DNA from: Prolixibacteraceae bacterium
Lineage (GTDB): Bacteria > Bacteroidota > Bacteroidia > Bacteroidales > Prolixibacteraceae
Direction of reading: 5' to 3'
Length of the DNA stretch: 64,000 nucleotides
Assembly (NCBI GenBank): GCA_963663005.2
Contig: CAXXHH010000008.1
Span: forward strand, 213,229 to 277,228
The notes below the pieces were generated by a model. The model was not told where the DNA came from, did not search any database, and was given only the letters and a program-made list of their open reading frames with translations. Within the stretch, counting starts at the first letter, position 1. Each line of letters starts with the position of its first letter. Made by a program: the position numbers and the translations under genes. Below are positions 34,021-44,980 of the stretch, one piece after another.

Positions 34021-34860
34021 TTATAATTTTCCGGAAAGTGCGTCAAGCAACGGCAACATATTTTTTTTATCTGAAAATCCACTCGCTCCAACAAGATAAT
34101 TACCCTTCCACCTCAGCGAAACACTTCCGTTGAAAGGATCTTTGAACAAGAAATCGCCTTCCGCAGGCTTCTTAATCTTTGCTTCGGCGTACGAGGCATA
34201 TTTTATAATGATTTGCTCTACTTCAGCACGATCGGCTCTCTCCAGAACAAAGAGCGTGATCTCCTCTCCTCCTGAACTGTATTTAGCCCTGACGGCAGAA
34301 CCCATGAAGCCCAATCCCATGAACTCAGTCGGAATGTACTGACAAGTATTCGGAATCAAATTCTCTTTAGGGAACATCCCAACAATTTTAGGATATTCAG
34401 GCTTATCACACAATGTCCGGGAAAACTCCAGCGCCACGGCTTTTAACGAAAATCCGGGTACTTGCTCCAGCTTCATGCCATTCATCTTGACATAATACTT
34501 GCCGGCAACAAAATTGAAGGTCGATGCATCGCCATAACCCTCCAACCCAACCGGTGTGGTCTGCGCCTTGGCTGATTTTTCGATGCTGTAAATCCCATAG
34601 GCATGCAATGGATCGCCGTGATCGTATACCTCGATAGTCAACTCCGAACCATTGTTGCTCCAACTGGCAACCTGCAACGACTCAAAACCATAACTAAGGT
34701 AAAATTCGGAAGCGCCATCAATATGTTCGTACAAATTCTCTTTATTGAAGGTCAATTTCTTGCCATCAGCCTTCCAGGCGGCAAGCTCAGGGAATTTCAA
34801 CTCCTCAGACCTGGCCCCGAATGAAATTAACAGCAAGCCGATAAACAGAATTTTTTTCAT
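34021..34860 (-). CDS. Hypothetical secreted protein
   Basis: 279 aa with a signal peptide (MKKILFIGLLLISFGARS). Its start overlaps the upstream AKR stop by 4 nt. No family recognised with confidence. Confidence 0.6.
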   Translation of the reverse strand: MKKILFIGLLLISFGARSEELKFPELAAWKADGKKLTFNKENLYEHIDGASEFYLSYGFESLQVASWSNNGSELTIEVYDHGDPLHAYGIYSIEKSAKAQTTPVGLEGYGDASTFNFVAGKYYVKMNGMKLEQVPGFSLKAVALEFSRTLCDKPEYPKIVGMFPKENLIPNTCQYIPTEFMGLGFMGSAVRAKYSSGGEEITLFVLERADRAEVEQIIIKYASYAEAKIKKPAEGDFLFKDPFNGSVSLRWKGNYLVGASGFSDKKNMLPLLDALSGKL

Positions 34861-36041
34861 ACCAGGAAGTTTGAAGGCACCATTTTAATCCGGGCTATAT
34901 CCGTAATCCGCTCACGCACATCAAATCCGTTCGGACACGCCACAGAACAACCCTCACAAGAATCACACGGGTTAACCGGAAGGTTCAATTTCGCAACAGT
35001 GGTTTGTGCCTTCGCCGGGAAAGAGTACCCGTAATTGTACATGTATGATCGCATCAGATCCGGAATTGGCAGATTTTGGGGGCATTGACCCGAACAGGTC
35101 AGACATCCGTGGCAGTAAAGACCAGGGTCATTCATCGCCAACTGCAGATCGCCCCTTTCCTGATCTTCAAGTTGATAATTCTGCGCAACTTGCCAATTCT
35201 CTTTCAGCATCTCAAAGTTCGTGATTCCAGGTATGCAGGTGTGAATTAATGGATTTGAAACCACCCATTTCAACGCTGCCTTACAATTAACCGGCTTCTT
35301 CTTATCCTTATCCAGGAAGCCTCCGGCCATGCCCTTCATCCCAATGATGCCAAGTCCGGCGTCATTAGCACGTTGTAACGCCTTTTGTAATTCAGGATCG
35401 TCTTTCAAACGGAAATTGTATGAAGTAAGTACCACATCGTAAAATTTACTGTCTGCGGCAGCATTCAGGACTTCCGGCATGTTGGTGTGGGTAGAGCATC
35501 CTATGAATTTTGCTTTTCCACTCTCTTTGGCGCGCTTTAACGCTTCCAGATATCGGGGATCAAGCAAATAGGTTCGGTCACTGGCGGCATGGAGATATAA
35601 AATATCCACGTAACTCATTTGCAGTCGTTTCAAACTGTCTTCAAATTTCTCCAAAAACTGCTCAGTGGAATACCCTTCCTTCGGGGGATGTATCTTTGTG
35701 GATATGATAACTTTGTCTCTCGGAATATCTTTAAAGTAATTGCCAACCATCTCCTCATTCCGGCCATCCTGGTAACCGCTTGCAGTATCAAAATGACGGA
35801 TACCAATTTCGTACGCCGCTTTGAGAATGTTGGGATTGTCGGCCCGCATTACTCCCATACTGACAATTGGAACCTCAATCCCGGTATTACCAAGGGTTCT
35901 GTATATGATCTTTTTCTTCTTCTTATCTTTTTTCTTCTTCTCTTTTGCTGGCTGAGCCTGAAAAGCTTGCGCCGTCATGCCAACTGCTGCCGTGGCTCCC
36001 AAAAACAGGAAGTTTCTACGATTTAAGGTTGAGTTTGCCAT
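34857..36041 (-). CDS. Aldo/keto reductase with C-terminal double 4Fe-4S ferredoxin-type motif and Tat signal
   Basis: LNRRNFLFLGATAAVG signal, a KEKKKKDKKKKK linker, and an AKR core (YRTLGNTGIEVP, FDTASGY). Two CxxCxxCxxxCP motifs are present (CHGCLTCSGQCP, CDSCEGCSVACP). Confidence 0.85.
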   Translation of the reverse strand: MANSTLNRRNFLFLGATAAVGMTAQAFQAQPAKEKKKKDKKKKKIIYRTLGNTGIEVPIVSMGVMRADNPNILKAAYEIGIRHFDTASGYQDGRNEEMVGNYFKDIPRDKVIISTKIHPPKEGYSTEQFLEKFEDSLKRLQMSYVDILYLHAASDRTYLLDPRYLEALKRAKESGKAKFIGCSTHTNMPEVLNAAADSKFYDVVLTSYNFRLKDDPELQKALQRANDAGLGIIGMKGMAGGFLDKDKKKPVNCKAALKWVVSNPLIHTCIPGITNFEMLKENWQVAQNYQLEDQERGDLQLAMNDPGLYCHGCLTCSGQCPQNLPIPDLMRSYMYNYGYSFPAKAQTTVAKLNLPVNPCDSCEGCSVACPNGFDVRERITDIARIKMVPSNFLV

Positions 36042-36273
36042 AATCTGTCCGTTTTTAATTCTTAATTGGGGATGAAAGAAGTGGTCTACCTAAACAGTTC
36101 GAAAATTAATAAATATTTCTTTCCCATCATCGGCAATTAGGCCTCTCCTTCCTTCAATTCACCTTGTTGCCCGGAAAATTCATACCTTTACATCGTTATT
36201 TGTCCTTAGAACCCGGAAGTGGTAAACTTCTGCTTTATAGATAACTGGTTCGGAGTGAACTCAAAGCATTTAT

Positions 36274-37680
36274 ATGGAAAAGAAATTCGACGTCATCATA
36301 GTGGGAGCCGGACCTGCAGGCATTTTTACTGCATATGAATTACTAAAAGAAAGGAAAAATTGCAGTATTCTCATGCTCGAGAAGGGCAGGGATATCTACC
36401 AAAGAAAATGCCCTAAACATTCTAACGGCGGAACCTGCGTAAATTGTAAACCTTGCTCCATCACCACCGGATGGGCGGGCGCGGGAGCATTTTCTGATGG
36501 GAAACTCTCTCTTTCGCACGAAGTTGGTGGCACTCTCACCGATTATATTGGCGTTGAAGCCACCATGGAAATGATTCGTTATACCGACGATATCTATCTG
36601 AAATTCGGTGCAGATACCGGAATTCACGGACTTACCGAAACTCCTTCTATGCGCGAAGTGGTTAGAAAATCAATCGAGGCAAACCTGAAACTGGTGAAAT
36701 GCCCGGTGAGGCATCTGGGTACCGAAAAAACACAGGCTCTCTACCGCTCACTCTTCGAACATCTCAAAAACAATGGGGTAGAAGTGCAGTTTAATGCGCC
36801 GGTTACAGAATTTCTAATCGAAAATCACCAGGTATCTGGTGTCAAAACTTCGGGCAAAACATTTTTAGGACGGCATGTCGTTCTGGCCATAGGCCGCGAC
36901 GGATCCGACTGGCTCATGCAGCAATGCGCTGCAAAACAAATCCCAACCGAAGTGGGAATTGTCGATATTGGTGTCCGGTTGGAATGCCGTAACGAAGTAA
37001 TGAAGGAGATAAATGATAATTTTTATGAGGCAAAACTGATCCATTACACCCGCACGTTCGACGATAAAGTACGCACTTTTTGCTCCAATCCGGGGGGCTT
37101 CGTCTCATCAGAATATTATGACAATAATCTCGCTGTCGTAAACGGACACAGCTACAAAGATCTGAAGAGTGAGAATACAAATTTTGCACTCCTGGTCTCC
37201 CAAAAATTTACTGAGCCTTTTAATTCTCCAATCGAATACGGCCGTCATATCGCCAGATTGGCAAACATGCTTACCCGAAATAAAATTCTGGTTCAACGTT
37301 TTGGCGATCTGATCCGCGGCAGACGTACCACCTCCGACAGACTCTTTCGTAACAATATCGTACCGACTCTGAAGGACGCTGTTCCCGGCGACCTTAGCCT
37401 GGTTCTGCCCCACAGGATACTCTTTGATATCATCGAAATGATCAAGTCTCTCGACAAGGTGAGCCCTGGTTTGGCAAGCGATGAAACGCTTCTTTATGGT
37501 GTCGAAGTGAAATTCTATTCCAACATCGTTAAAGTGGATAAGACTTTCCGAAGCCCAGCCGTCACAAATCTATACTTCGGCGGAGACGGCGCCGGAATCA
37601 CCCGCGGACTAATGCAAGCTTCTGTCAATGGCGTGCTGATTGCCCGCGAAATAGCAAGAAACCTAACTACCCAGGAATGA
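36274..37680 (+). CDS. FAD-dependent oxidoreductase (COG2509-like uncharacterised dehydrogenase)
   Basis: [14 protein letters not shown] dinucleotide-binding motif and a C-terminal [10 protein letters not shown] motif. Its stop overlaps the metH start (ATGA at 37677-37680). Confidence 0.8.
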   Translation: MEKKFDVIIVGAGPAGIFTAYELLKERKNCSILMLEKGRDIYQRKCPKHSNGGTCVNCKPCSITTGWAGAGAFSDGKLSLSHEVGGTLTDYIGVEATMEMIRYTDDIYLKFGADTGIHGLTETPSMREVVRKSIEANLKLVKCPVRHLGTEKTQALYRSLFEHLKNNGVEVQFNAPVTEFLIENHQVSGVKTSGKTFLGRHVVLAIGRDGSDWLMQQCAAKQIPTEVGIVDIGVRLECRNEVMKEINDNFYEAKLIHYTRTFDDKVRTFCSNPGGFVSSEYYDNNLAVVNGHSYKDLKSENTNFALLVSQKFTEPFNSPIEYGRHIARLANMLTRNKILVQRFGDLIRGRRTTSDRLFRNNIVPTLKDAVPGDLSLVLPHRILFDIIEMIKSLDKVSPGLASDETLLYGVEVKFYSNIVKVDKTFRSPAVTNLYFGGDGAGITRGLMQASVNGVLIAREIARNLTTQE

Positions 37681-40600
37681 TGAAAAAAGATATCCGCAAA
37701 GTACTGGAAGAGCGAATCCTCGTGCTGGATGGCGCGATGGGAACAATGATACAACGGTATAAATTTTCTGAGGAAGATTTCCGCGGTGAGCGTTTTAAGA
37801 ATTGGAGCTCTTCCCTGAAAGGTAACAATGATTTGCTTACCCTTACCAGACCTGAGGCAATTCATAAAATTCATGTTGCATTCCTCGAAGCTGGCGCCGA
37901 CATTATTGAGACAAATACATTTAACGCAACCTCAATTTCACAAAGTGACTACGGTACTCAGGATTTTGTCAAAGAAATAAACAGGGAAGCAGCAAAAAAT
38001 GCAGCCCTCGCAGCAGCTGAATTTTCCACGCCCGAAAAACCCAGATATGTTGCCGGCTCAATCGGCCCGACAAACAAAACGTGCTCAATGTCTCCCGATG
38101 TGAACGATCCCGGATTCAGAGCCATTTCGTTTGATGAATTAAAATTTTCATACCGCGAACAAATCGAAGGACTCCTGGATGGTGGCGTCGACCTGCTCCT
38201 CGTCGAAACAATTTTTGACACCCTGAACTGTAAAGTTGCCTTAGTCGCAATCAACGAAATATTTGAGGAAAGAGGAATGAAGATTCCTGTAATGATCTCA
38301 GGAACAATCACCGACAAAAGCGGCCGCACACTCTCAGGCCAGACAATCGAAGCTTTTCTCAACTCTGTCTCTCACATAGACCTGCTCACAATCGGCTTAA
38401 ACTGCTCATTCGGAGCAAAAGATATGCGCCCATACCTGGAGGAACTTAGCAGGAAAGCTCCCTATTATGTGAGTGTTTACCCGAACGCCGGACTGCCAAA
38501 CCAATTCGGCGAATACGATGAATCGCCTGAGGACATGAGCCATCAGGTTGCCGAATTTACGGACAACAGAACAGTCAATATCATCGGAGGCTGCTGTGGC
38601 ACTACCCCTGAACATATCCGTGAACTGGCAAAATTGGCCGCAAATTCCAAGCCGCATCTGAAGGCAAAACCCGAAAAGGCAACGCGTCTTAGCGGATTGG
38701 AACCGCTTACAATCAACAAGCTTTCCAACTTCGTCAACATAGGTGAGCGCTGCAACGTTGCCGGTTCCATCAAATTTGCGCGGCTCATCCGGGATGGCAA
38801 ATATGACGAGGCGCTTTCCGTAGCACGAGAGATGGTAGAAGGTGGTGCTCAAATCATTGACATCAACATGGATGATGCCATGCTTGATGCGAAAAAAGAA
38901 ATGGTCAGATTCCTAAACCTGATCGCTGCTGAACCGGACATTTCACGGTTGCCAATAATGATCGACTCATCCAAATGGGAGGTCATTGAAGCCGGACTTC
39001 AATGCATCCAGGGTAAATCTATCGTCAATTCCATCAGCTTGAAAGAAGGGGAGGAGCCTTTTATCCGCAACGCCAGAAAAATTAGGGATTACGGCGCAGC
39101 CGTTGTGGTGATGGCCTTCGACGAGGAGGGACAGGCAACTTCCTACGAACAAAGAATCGCCATCTGCAAAAGAGCCTACCACATATTGGTCGATCAGGTG
39201 CATTTCCCTGCTGAAGATATCATCTTCGATCCGAATATTCTTACAATTGGTACCGGATTGGAAGAGCATAACAACTACGCGGTCGACTTTTTCAGAACAA
39301 CTGCCTGGATCAAAGATCACCTGCCTTATGCAAAAGTAAGCGGTGGAATTTCCAACGTCTCCTTCTCCTTCAGAGGCAACAACAATATCCGGGAAGCCAT
39401 TCATTCGGTGTTCCTCTTCCATGCAATTAAGGCTGGCCTCGATATGGGTATCGTTAACCCGGGAATGTTGCAGATTTATGACGAAATTCCTACTGAACTC
39501 CTCCAACTTGTTGAGGATCTAGTCTTAAACAGAAGGCCAGATGCCACCGAGCGACTCCTTGAATTTTCGGAAAAAAATAAATTTAAAGACGAAAAGCAGG
39601 AGGTAATCGAGGCATGGAGAGAACTTCCGCTGACTGAAAGAGTCGAACACGCAATGATCAAAGGAATCGCAGACTTTATCGAAAACGACGTTCGCGAACT
39701 GATGCCTATGTACGATTCTCCGCTCAATATCATCGAGGGTCCACTAATGGATGGCATGAATAAAGTTGGCGATCTTTTCGGTGCTGGAAAAATGTTTCTC
39801 CCGCAGGTAATCAAATCTGCAAGAGTGATGAAAAAAGCAGTTGCCTGGCTGCAACCCTTTATCGAGGAGGAGAAAAAACGGAATCCCCTTAAAGTCGACA
39901 TTCGCAAAAAAGTGCTGCTGGCGACCGTAAAGGGTGATGTCCACGATATTGGCAAAAATATTGTCGGCGTTGTCCTCGCTTGCAATAACTACGAGGTGAT
40001 TGACCTTGGCGTTATGGTTCCCTGCGAGACAATCCTCGATACTGCCGCTAAAGAACAGGTAGACATTATCGGATTAAGCGGATTGATCACTCCGTCCCTT
40101 GAGGAGATGGTTCATGTGGCAAAAGAGATGGAAAAGCGGGCCATTGACAAACCTTTATTGATCGGTGGTGCTACGACATCAAAAATACACACCGCGGTCA
40201 AAATAGCCCCGGAATACAGCAAAACAACCCTGTATGTGAAGGATGCCTCCAGGTCAGTCCAGGTTGTTGCCGAACTTTTATCAGGCTCTCCCGAATTTTT
40301 AAAGTCCACCCTGAAGGAATATGCCGAAATTAGGAAAGTACATAGTGCTAAAAAACCCAAAGAATACTGGACTTTACAGGAAGCCCGGGATAGAAAATAC
40401 AAGACCGACTTCCTCAAATATCCGGTGTCTAAACCAAACTTTACTGGTGTAAAGCACTTTAACGACTATCCTCTCGAAGACCTGAGGAAATACATCGACT
40501 GGACTTTCTTCTTCCTGGTTTGGGAATTCAAAGGCAAATACCCTGCCATTCTGCAGGATCCAGACAAAGGTGAAGCCGCTCGTCAGCTTTTCGAGGAGGC

Positions 40601-41357
40601 GAACCAGTTTTTGGACGAGATAATCGAAAAAAAATTGATTCGAGCCAACGGTGTCGTCGGGATCTGGCCAGCTAACAGCGCAGTGGACGATATAGAACTT
40701 TATTCCGATGAATCAAGGTCTGAGGTCTTAGGAACGTTCTATCAATTGCGCCAACAGGAGAAAAAACAGGGCGCAACCGCACAATTTTGCCTGAGCGACT
40801 TCATCGCTCCCAAAGAATCCGGCATCCAGGATTATTGCGGGGCATTTGTTGTCACCGCAGGATTAGGCGTTTCGGAATTAGTGCGGCAGTATAAGAGCGA
40901 AAACAACGATTTTAAAGCAATCATGCTGGAGGCTTTGTCTGACAGACTCGCGGAGGCCTTTGCCGAAAGGTTGCACGAAATCGTACGAATTGAAACGTGG
41001 GGCTATAGCAAATATGAGTCTCTCACGACTGCCGAACTAATCGCCTTGAAATATCAGGGAATTCGCCCGGCACCGGGCTATCCTGCCTGTCCTGAACATT
41101 CCGAAAAAGAGACCATATTTAATCTGTTGAAAGCTCAGGAAATTTCCGGTATATCGCTAACTGAAAATTACTCCATGTTTCCCAACGCTTCGGTTTGCGG
41201 CGTATATTTCGCACACCCCGAATCGAGGTACTTTGGTGTTGAAAAAATTGGTGCAGATCAGGTCGAAGATTATGCCGACAGAAAGCAGGTTGCCGCCGAA
41301 TTTGTTGAGAAATACATTCCCTCCAACCTCAACTACGAACCAAAAAAAAGGGGATGA
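37677..41357 (+). CDS. metH: Cobalamin-dependent methionine synthase, full length
   Basis: 1226 aa with all modules: Hcy-binding, pterin-binding, B12 cap/binding ([12 protein letters not shown]) and the AdoMet reactivation domain ([12 protein letters not shown]). Confidence 0.97.
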   Translation: MMKKDIRKVLEERILVLDGAMGTMIQRYKFSEEDFRGERFKNWSSSLKGNNDLLTLTRPEAIHKIHVAFLEAGADIIETNTFNATSISQSDYGTQDFVKEINREAAKNAALAAAEFSTPEKPRYVAGSIGPTNKTCSMSPDVNDPGFRAISFDELKFSYREQIEGLLDGGVDLLLVETIFDTLNCKVALVAINEIFEERGMKIPVMISGTITDKSGRTLSGQTIEAFLNSVSHIDLLTIGLNCSFGAKDMRPYLEELSRKAPYYVSVYPNAGLPNQFGEYDESPEDMSHQVAEFTDNRTVNIIGGCCGTTPEHIRELAKLAANSKPHLKAKPEKATRLSGLEPLTINKLSNFVNIGERCNVAGSIKFARLIRDGKYDEALSVAREMVEGGAQIIDINMDDAMLDAKKEMVRFLNLIAAEPDISRLPIMIDSSKWEVIEAGLQCIQGKSIVNSISLKEGEEPFIRNARKIRDYGAAVVVMAFDEEGQATSYEQRIAICKRAYHILVDQVHFPAEDIIFDPNILTIGTGLEEHNNYAVDFFRTTAWIKDHLPYAKVSGGISNVSFSFRGNNNIREAIHSVFLFHAIKAGLDMGIVNPGMLQIYDEIPTELLQLVEDLVLNRRPDATERLLEFSEKNKFKDEKQEVIEAWRELPLTERVEHAMIKGIADFIENDVRELMPMYDSPLNIIEGPLMDGMNKVGDLFGAGKMFLPQVIKSARVMKKAVAWLQPFIEEEKKRNPLKVDIRKKVLLATVKGDVHDIGKNIVGVVLACNNYEVIDLGVMVPCETILDTAAKEQVDIIGLSGLITPSLEEMVHVAKEMEKRAIDKPLLIGGATTSKIHTAVKIAPEYSKTTLYVKDASRSVQVVAELLSGSPEFLKSTLKEYAEIRKVHSAKKPKEYWTLQEARDRKYKTDFLKYPVSKPNFTGVKHFNDYPLEDLRKYIDWTFFFLVWEFKGKYPAILQDPDKGEAARQLFEEANQFLDEIIEKKLIRANGVVGIWPANSAVDDIELYSDESRSEVLGTFYQLRQQEKKQGATAQFCLSDFIAPKESGIQDYCGAFVVTAGLGVSELVRQYKSENNDFKAIMLEALSDRLAEAFAERLHEIVRIETWGYSKYESLTTAELIALKYQGIRPAPGYPACPEHSEKETIFNLLKAQEISGISLTENYSMFPNASVCGVYFAHPESRYFGVEKIGADQVEDYADRKQVAAEFVEKYIPSNLNYEPKKRG

Positions 41358-41375
41358 CCTTAACAATCATCCCCT
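41349..41375. terminator. Bidirectional terminator hairpin between metH and yceI-like gene
   Basis: 9-bp stem AGGGGATGA/TCATCCCCT with a 9-nt loop. It is preceded by A8, which gives U8 on the minus strand, and followed by CTTTCT on the plus strand. It overlaps the metH stop. Confidence 0.6.
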
Positions 41376-41400
41376 CTTTCTCCAAAACCGTAAAATAGCG

Positions 41401-42033
41401 CTAGTTACTACCAGCTACCAATTTAAATTTTAAGGAGAAATCATCATAGATCAGTTTATCTCCAAGACCTTCAAAGAAACTGCCTGAACCATATTTAATT
41501 CCATATTTGGCGCGGTTTACAACCATTTCTCCGGTAGCTGTAACTTGTCCGGATGCTTCATTGACTTCTGCGTCAAATTCAACCGGATTCGTAACACCTT
41601 TTATCGTCAGGTCTCCGGTAAAATGATACTGATTTCCCTGTTTCGCTTCAACTTTTTTGAGCTCCAGCGTAGATTGCGGGAATTTCTCTACACCAAAAAA
41701 GTCGTCCGACTTTAAATGTCCTTCTAATTTCCCCTTCATCGGACTGTCACCTAAATCTTTATCAGCAAGAGTGGCCATATCAACCGATACTTTTCCACCG
41801 GTAATTTTCTTCTTCTCAACAGTCAGACTACCAGCGCCAAATGAAATTGTTCCACTATGCTGACCTGTTACTTTTTTTGCAAGCCACTCAATAGAACTTG
41901 CATTTGAATCGACTTTATAGTCCTTCGAAAAAGCAGCTAAACAGAATGTTAGCAGAAACGAGCTTAAAATGAATTTGGAAACCACTCCCGATATTCCAAA
42001 CATGCTTTTGTTGTTTTTAAAATTTTGAATCAT
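41401..42033 (-). CDS. YceI family periplasmic protein
   Basis: Signal peptide, and SSIEWLAKKVTGQHSGTI..G.L blocks typical of YceI-like lipocalin-fold proteins. Confidence 0.85.
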   Translation of the reverse strand: MIQNFKNNKSMFGISGVVSKFILSSFLLTFCLAAFSKDYKVDSNASSIEWLAKKVTGQHSGTISFGAGSLTVEKKKITGGKVSVDMATLADKDLGDSPMKGKLEGHLKSDDFFGVEKFPQSTLELKKVEAKQGNQYHFTGDLTIKGVTNPVEFDAEVNEASGQVTATGEMVVNRAKYGIKYGSGSFFEGLGDKLIYDDFSLKFKLVAGSN

Positions 42034-42161
42034 GACGTTACATATTTTTGGTAACGTTTACGCACACGGAAAATTTATGTTTCAAAATTGGGCAATAGTG
42101 TGATCCGTACTTAAATTGTATATTTGTGCCATCAATTATATCTTCAACTTTATTTTATAGA

Positions 42162-42866
42162 ATGAAGAACAACAATAACTTAACAGAAGATGTCAGCTTG
42201 ACAGGTTTTCGTTTTTTTCAGTCTCTTTCCGAAGATGAGATGAAAAGTCTTAACAACGAAAAAGTTTGTAGCGCTTACAAAAAGGGAGTCGTCTTATATA
42301 AAGAGGGGAGTCGCCTGACGGGTTTTTACTGCATCACCAAGGGAATTGTAAAAATATATAAAACAGGCATAGACGGTAAGGAACAGATAATCCGTTTTGC
42401 AAAAAAAGGTGATATCATCGCCTATCGATCCTTGTTGAGTCAGGAGTCTGCCTGTACTTCAGCCAAGACGATCGAAGAGGCAACCCTATGCCATATTCCT
42501 TACAAAACTTTGCTTAGCCTGATCGAAAGAAATTGGAAATTTTCCCTGGCTATGCTAAAAATCGTATGCGCCGAACTTAAGGAAGCCAACGATTACATCA
42601 CTGATATTGCCCAAAAAACAGTCAGAGAACGCCTCGCAGAGGTACTTTTGCTGCTCAAACAAGAGTTTGACCTTGACGCTGAAAAAACATTGCAGATTTC
42701 ACTTACCAGAGAAGAACTGGCTAACATGGTCGGTACGGCAACTGAATCAATAATTCGACTCCTTTCAGAGTTTAAACAGGACAAACTGATTGACCTACAG
42801 GGTCGTAAGATAAAGATTATCAATATTCATGCGCTCACGAAAGTGGCCAACCTGACGAAATATTGA
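42162..42866 (+). CDS. Crp/Fnr family transcriptional regulator
   Basis: ATG at 42162. A cNMP-binding-like domain, then an HTH (LTREELANMVGTATESIIRLLSEF). No N-terminal Fe-S Cys cluster. Confidence 0.85.
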   Translation: MKNNNNLTEDVSLTGFRFFQSLSEDEMKSLNNEKVCSAYKKGVVLYKEGSRLTGFYCITKGIVKIYKTGIDGKEQIIRFAKKGDIIAYRSLLSQESACTSAKTIEEATLCHIPYKTLLSLIERNWKFSLAMLKIVCAELKEANDYITDIAQKTVRERLAEVLLLLKQEFDLDAEKTLQISLTREELANMVGTATESIIRLLSEFKQDKLIDLQGRKIKIINIHALTKVANLTKY

Positions 42867-42872
42867 TCTTTT

Positions 42873-44081
42873 TTACATACTGAGCCATTTTTCCGGATCC
42901 AGCTTGCTGTTTTCATACCAAAGCTGAAACTTAAGAACGGTCCTGTTATCGTCTTCCTTATCCGTAAAGACAGTGCCTAACTCCTGCTTCGTATCCACCT
43001 TTTGTCCAACCTGCACCGAAACGCTCGAAAGATTTGAATAGACGGTCAGGTAGCTGCCATGCCTCAATATAATAGCCCAGTTGCCGCTTAATGCGAGAAC
43101 CTTGGTCACCTCACCCTTGAATACTGCCCGGGCCTTGGATCCTGATTGTGTGGTAATATCTATACCGGAATTTCGTTTGATCACATGCTTCAAAACCAAA
43201 TCGGGATGCTCGCCAAAATGATCCGTTATCAACCCCTTTTGCAACGGCCAGGGCAGCTTCCCCTTATTTTGGGAAAAATTATCCGATAAATTTTTCCTTT
43301 CGGGTGATGGCTTCACACCAGGCTCTTTTGCAGCCTTAAGCGCAAGTTTCCGTGCTTCCTCGGCAATAATTTTTTCAATCTCCTGCTCCAGCCTTGAAGC
43401 AATTTTCTGCTGACTTTCAAGCTTTTTCCTTAAATCTTTGTCCTTCTTCTGCAAGGCAGAATAATATTCCTTTTGCTCAGCTTTTTGCCTGGCATACGTA
43501 TCCGACTGACTAATTCTGGAGGACAATAATTGTTGCTTATTCATTTTCTTCGAGCTCAAATCCTCCATTAATACCCCCAACTGCTCCTTCAATTTGGTGA
43601 TCTCGCTCGCCTGGGTTCTCCGGTAGTCTGCGTACTGTCTCAGATAGATAAAGCGCTTATAGGCCTGGTTGAAATCATCCGCCGAGAGAAAAAATAATAG
43701 CTGGTTGTTCTGATCCTGATTTCTTCGGGCATAGCGAATCATTCCAGCATATCTGTTTTTTACCAACTCTAAATCAGCGCTTAATGAATCCAAATTTCGG
43801 GATGTCCGCACAATTGTGGAGTCGAGATAACCCAATTCGTAATTTATGTTGGAAATAAGACTCTCCTGAAGGCGAATTTTACGCTCCAGAATGGTTAGCC
43901 TGTTTATAGAAGTTTTAGTATTTTGATCCGTCTCTTTTAATAAATGGTTGATATACTCGATTTCCTGACTTGTCTTCTCTTTTTCCTTCTTTAATTCATT
44001 AATTGATTGTCCTTTAGAATAGGAAAATGCAATCAGAAAAATCAGCAGGACGAATATTTTTTTTTCAAATTCAACCATCAT
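42873..44081 (-). CDS. EnvC-like murein hydrolase activator (coiled coil plus degenerate LytM/M23 domain)
   Basis: Long coiled coil, then an M23-like domain in which the metal ligands are replaced (NSGIDI instead of HxGxD; LKFQLW instead of HLHFE). Confidence 0.85.
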   Translation of the reverse strand: MMVEFEKKIFVLLIFLIAFSYSKGQSINELKKEKEKTSQEIEYINHLLKETDQNTKTSINRLTILERKIRLQESLISNINYELGYLDSTIVRTSRNLDSLSADLELVKNRYAGMIRYARRNQDQNNQLLFFLSADDFNQAYKRFIYLRQYADYRRTQASEITKLKEQLGVLMEDLSSKKMNKQQLLSSRISQSDTYARQKAEQKEYYSALQKKDKDLRKKLESQQKIASRLEQEIEKIIAEEARKLALKAAKEPGVKPSPERKNLSDNFSQNKGKLPWPLQKGLITDHFGEHPDLVLKHVIKRNSGIDITTQSGSKARAVFKGEVTKVLALSGNWAIILRHGSYLTVYSNLSSVSVQVGQKVDTKQELGTVFTDKEDDNRTVLKFQLWYENSKLDPEKWLSM

Positions 44082-44088
44082 TACACCC

Positions 44089-44976
44089 TCAGTTTGGATT
44101 TAAATCTTTCTTCAACTCTTCCCTTTTGTACTTAGGAGGGATCGTAAAAACAAAATCAGTTTCATCATCTAATGAAACCTTCGATAATTCCACATGCAGG
44201 TCAATTTTTTTCTTACCCGACACCGCAACATGAATAATCCCAGGAAACCATTTCACTCCCAACGCCTTAAATTCCGAGAATTCTATTGTAATAATACGGT
44301 CCGATTCAATATCGTGATAAACCTCTTTCCTTACTACAAACAAATCAGGATCAATATAAATATCCTGCTTAACCAAATTCTGCTCATCATTTCTTTGTTT
44401 AAAGCGCTCAAGCCTATCTTCGTTGGCCGTAATCTTCCTATACTTCCGAGCCCTGATCGACGAAAGTTTGTACATGTTATCCTCTATCGCCAACACGTAA
44501 TCCTTAAATTGGTTTTCTGACTGATCCTGTTTAACAGATTGAATATGATTACTTAATATCGCCTGGATCGTCGGAAAATCAATATCGCTACTTAATAAAT
44601 CACCAATATTTTGAATAGCCCCAGACATCACCATTTTACCAATGTGATAGACGACCCGGAAAGAATCATTATCCAACTCGAGTTTTCCTACCGGGATAAT
44701 CAGATTCTGAGCAGAAACCTGAATAACACTGTCTCTCTTTATCTTATAATTTCCCTTGACTGAATTAACATTTCCATCAATATTAATTGTCACATTTACT
44801 TTCCTGACAGACAACGTGTTGTATTTAAACTCATTGTCATACACCATTCGAACCACCCGCCTGACACTCATGGGCTTAATTTTCTTCTCTATGACAACCT
44901 TTTCAACATGCTTACATCCTGACAAAAGCAAAATGAATAAGCTGATATAAATAAGCGGTATAAACTTTAACTTCAT
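44089..44976 (-). CDS. DUF4292-like lipoprotein
   Basis: ATG at 44976 gives MKLKFIPLIYISLFILLLSGC (lipobox). This start avoids overlap with the upstream TPR gene. Confidence 0.7.
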   Translation of the reverse strand: MKLKFIPLIYISLFILLLSGCKHVEKVVIEKKIKPMSVRRVVRMVYDNEFKYNTLSVRKVNVTINIDGNVNSVKGNYKIKRDSVIQVSAQNLIIPVGKLELDNDSFRVVYHIGKMVMSGAIQNIGDLLSSDIDFPTIQAILSNHIQSVKQDQSENQFKDYVLAIEDNMYKLSSIRARKYRKITANEDRLERFKQRNDEQNLVKQDIYIDPDLFVVRKEVYHDIESDRIITIEFSEFKALGVKWFPGIIHVAVSGKKKIDLHVELSKVSLDDETDFVFTIPPKYKREELKKDLNPN

Positions 44977-44980
44977 GATT

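Noticed and set aside
35909-35946. Polypyrimidine/polypurine tract as a structural DNA repeat
   Set aside because: It is in frame within the AKR gene and simply encodes the lysine-rich linker (KEKKKKDKKKKK) after the Tat signal.
36042-36273. SAM or cobalamin riboswitch upstream of the FAD-protein/metH operon
   Set aside because: I found no S-box core or B12-box (GCCACTG-like) sequence and no obvious multi-stem junction by eye. This cannot be excluded without a covariance-model scan.
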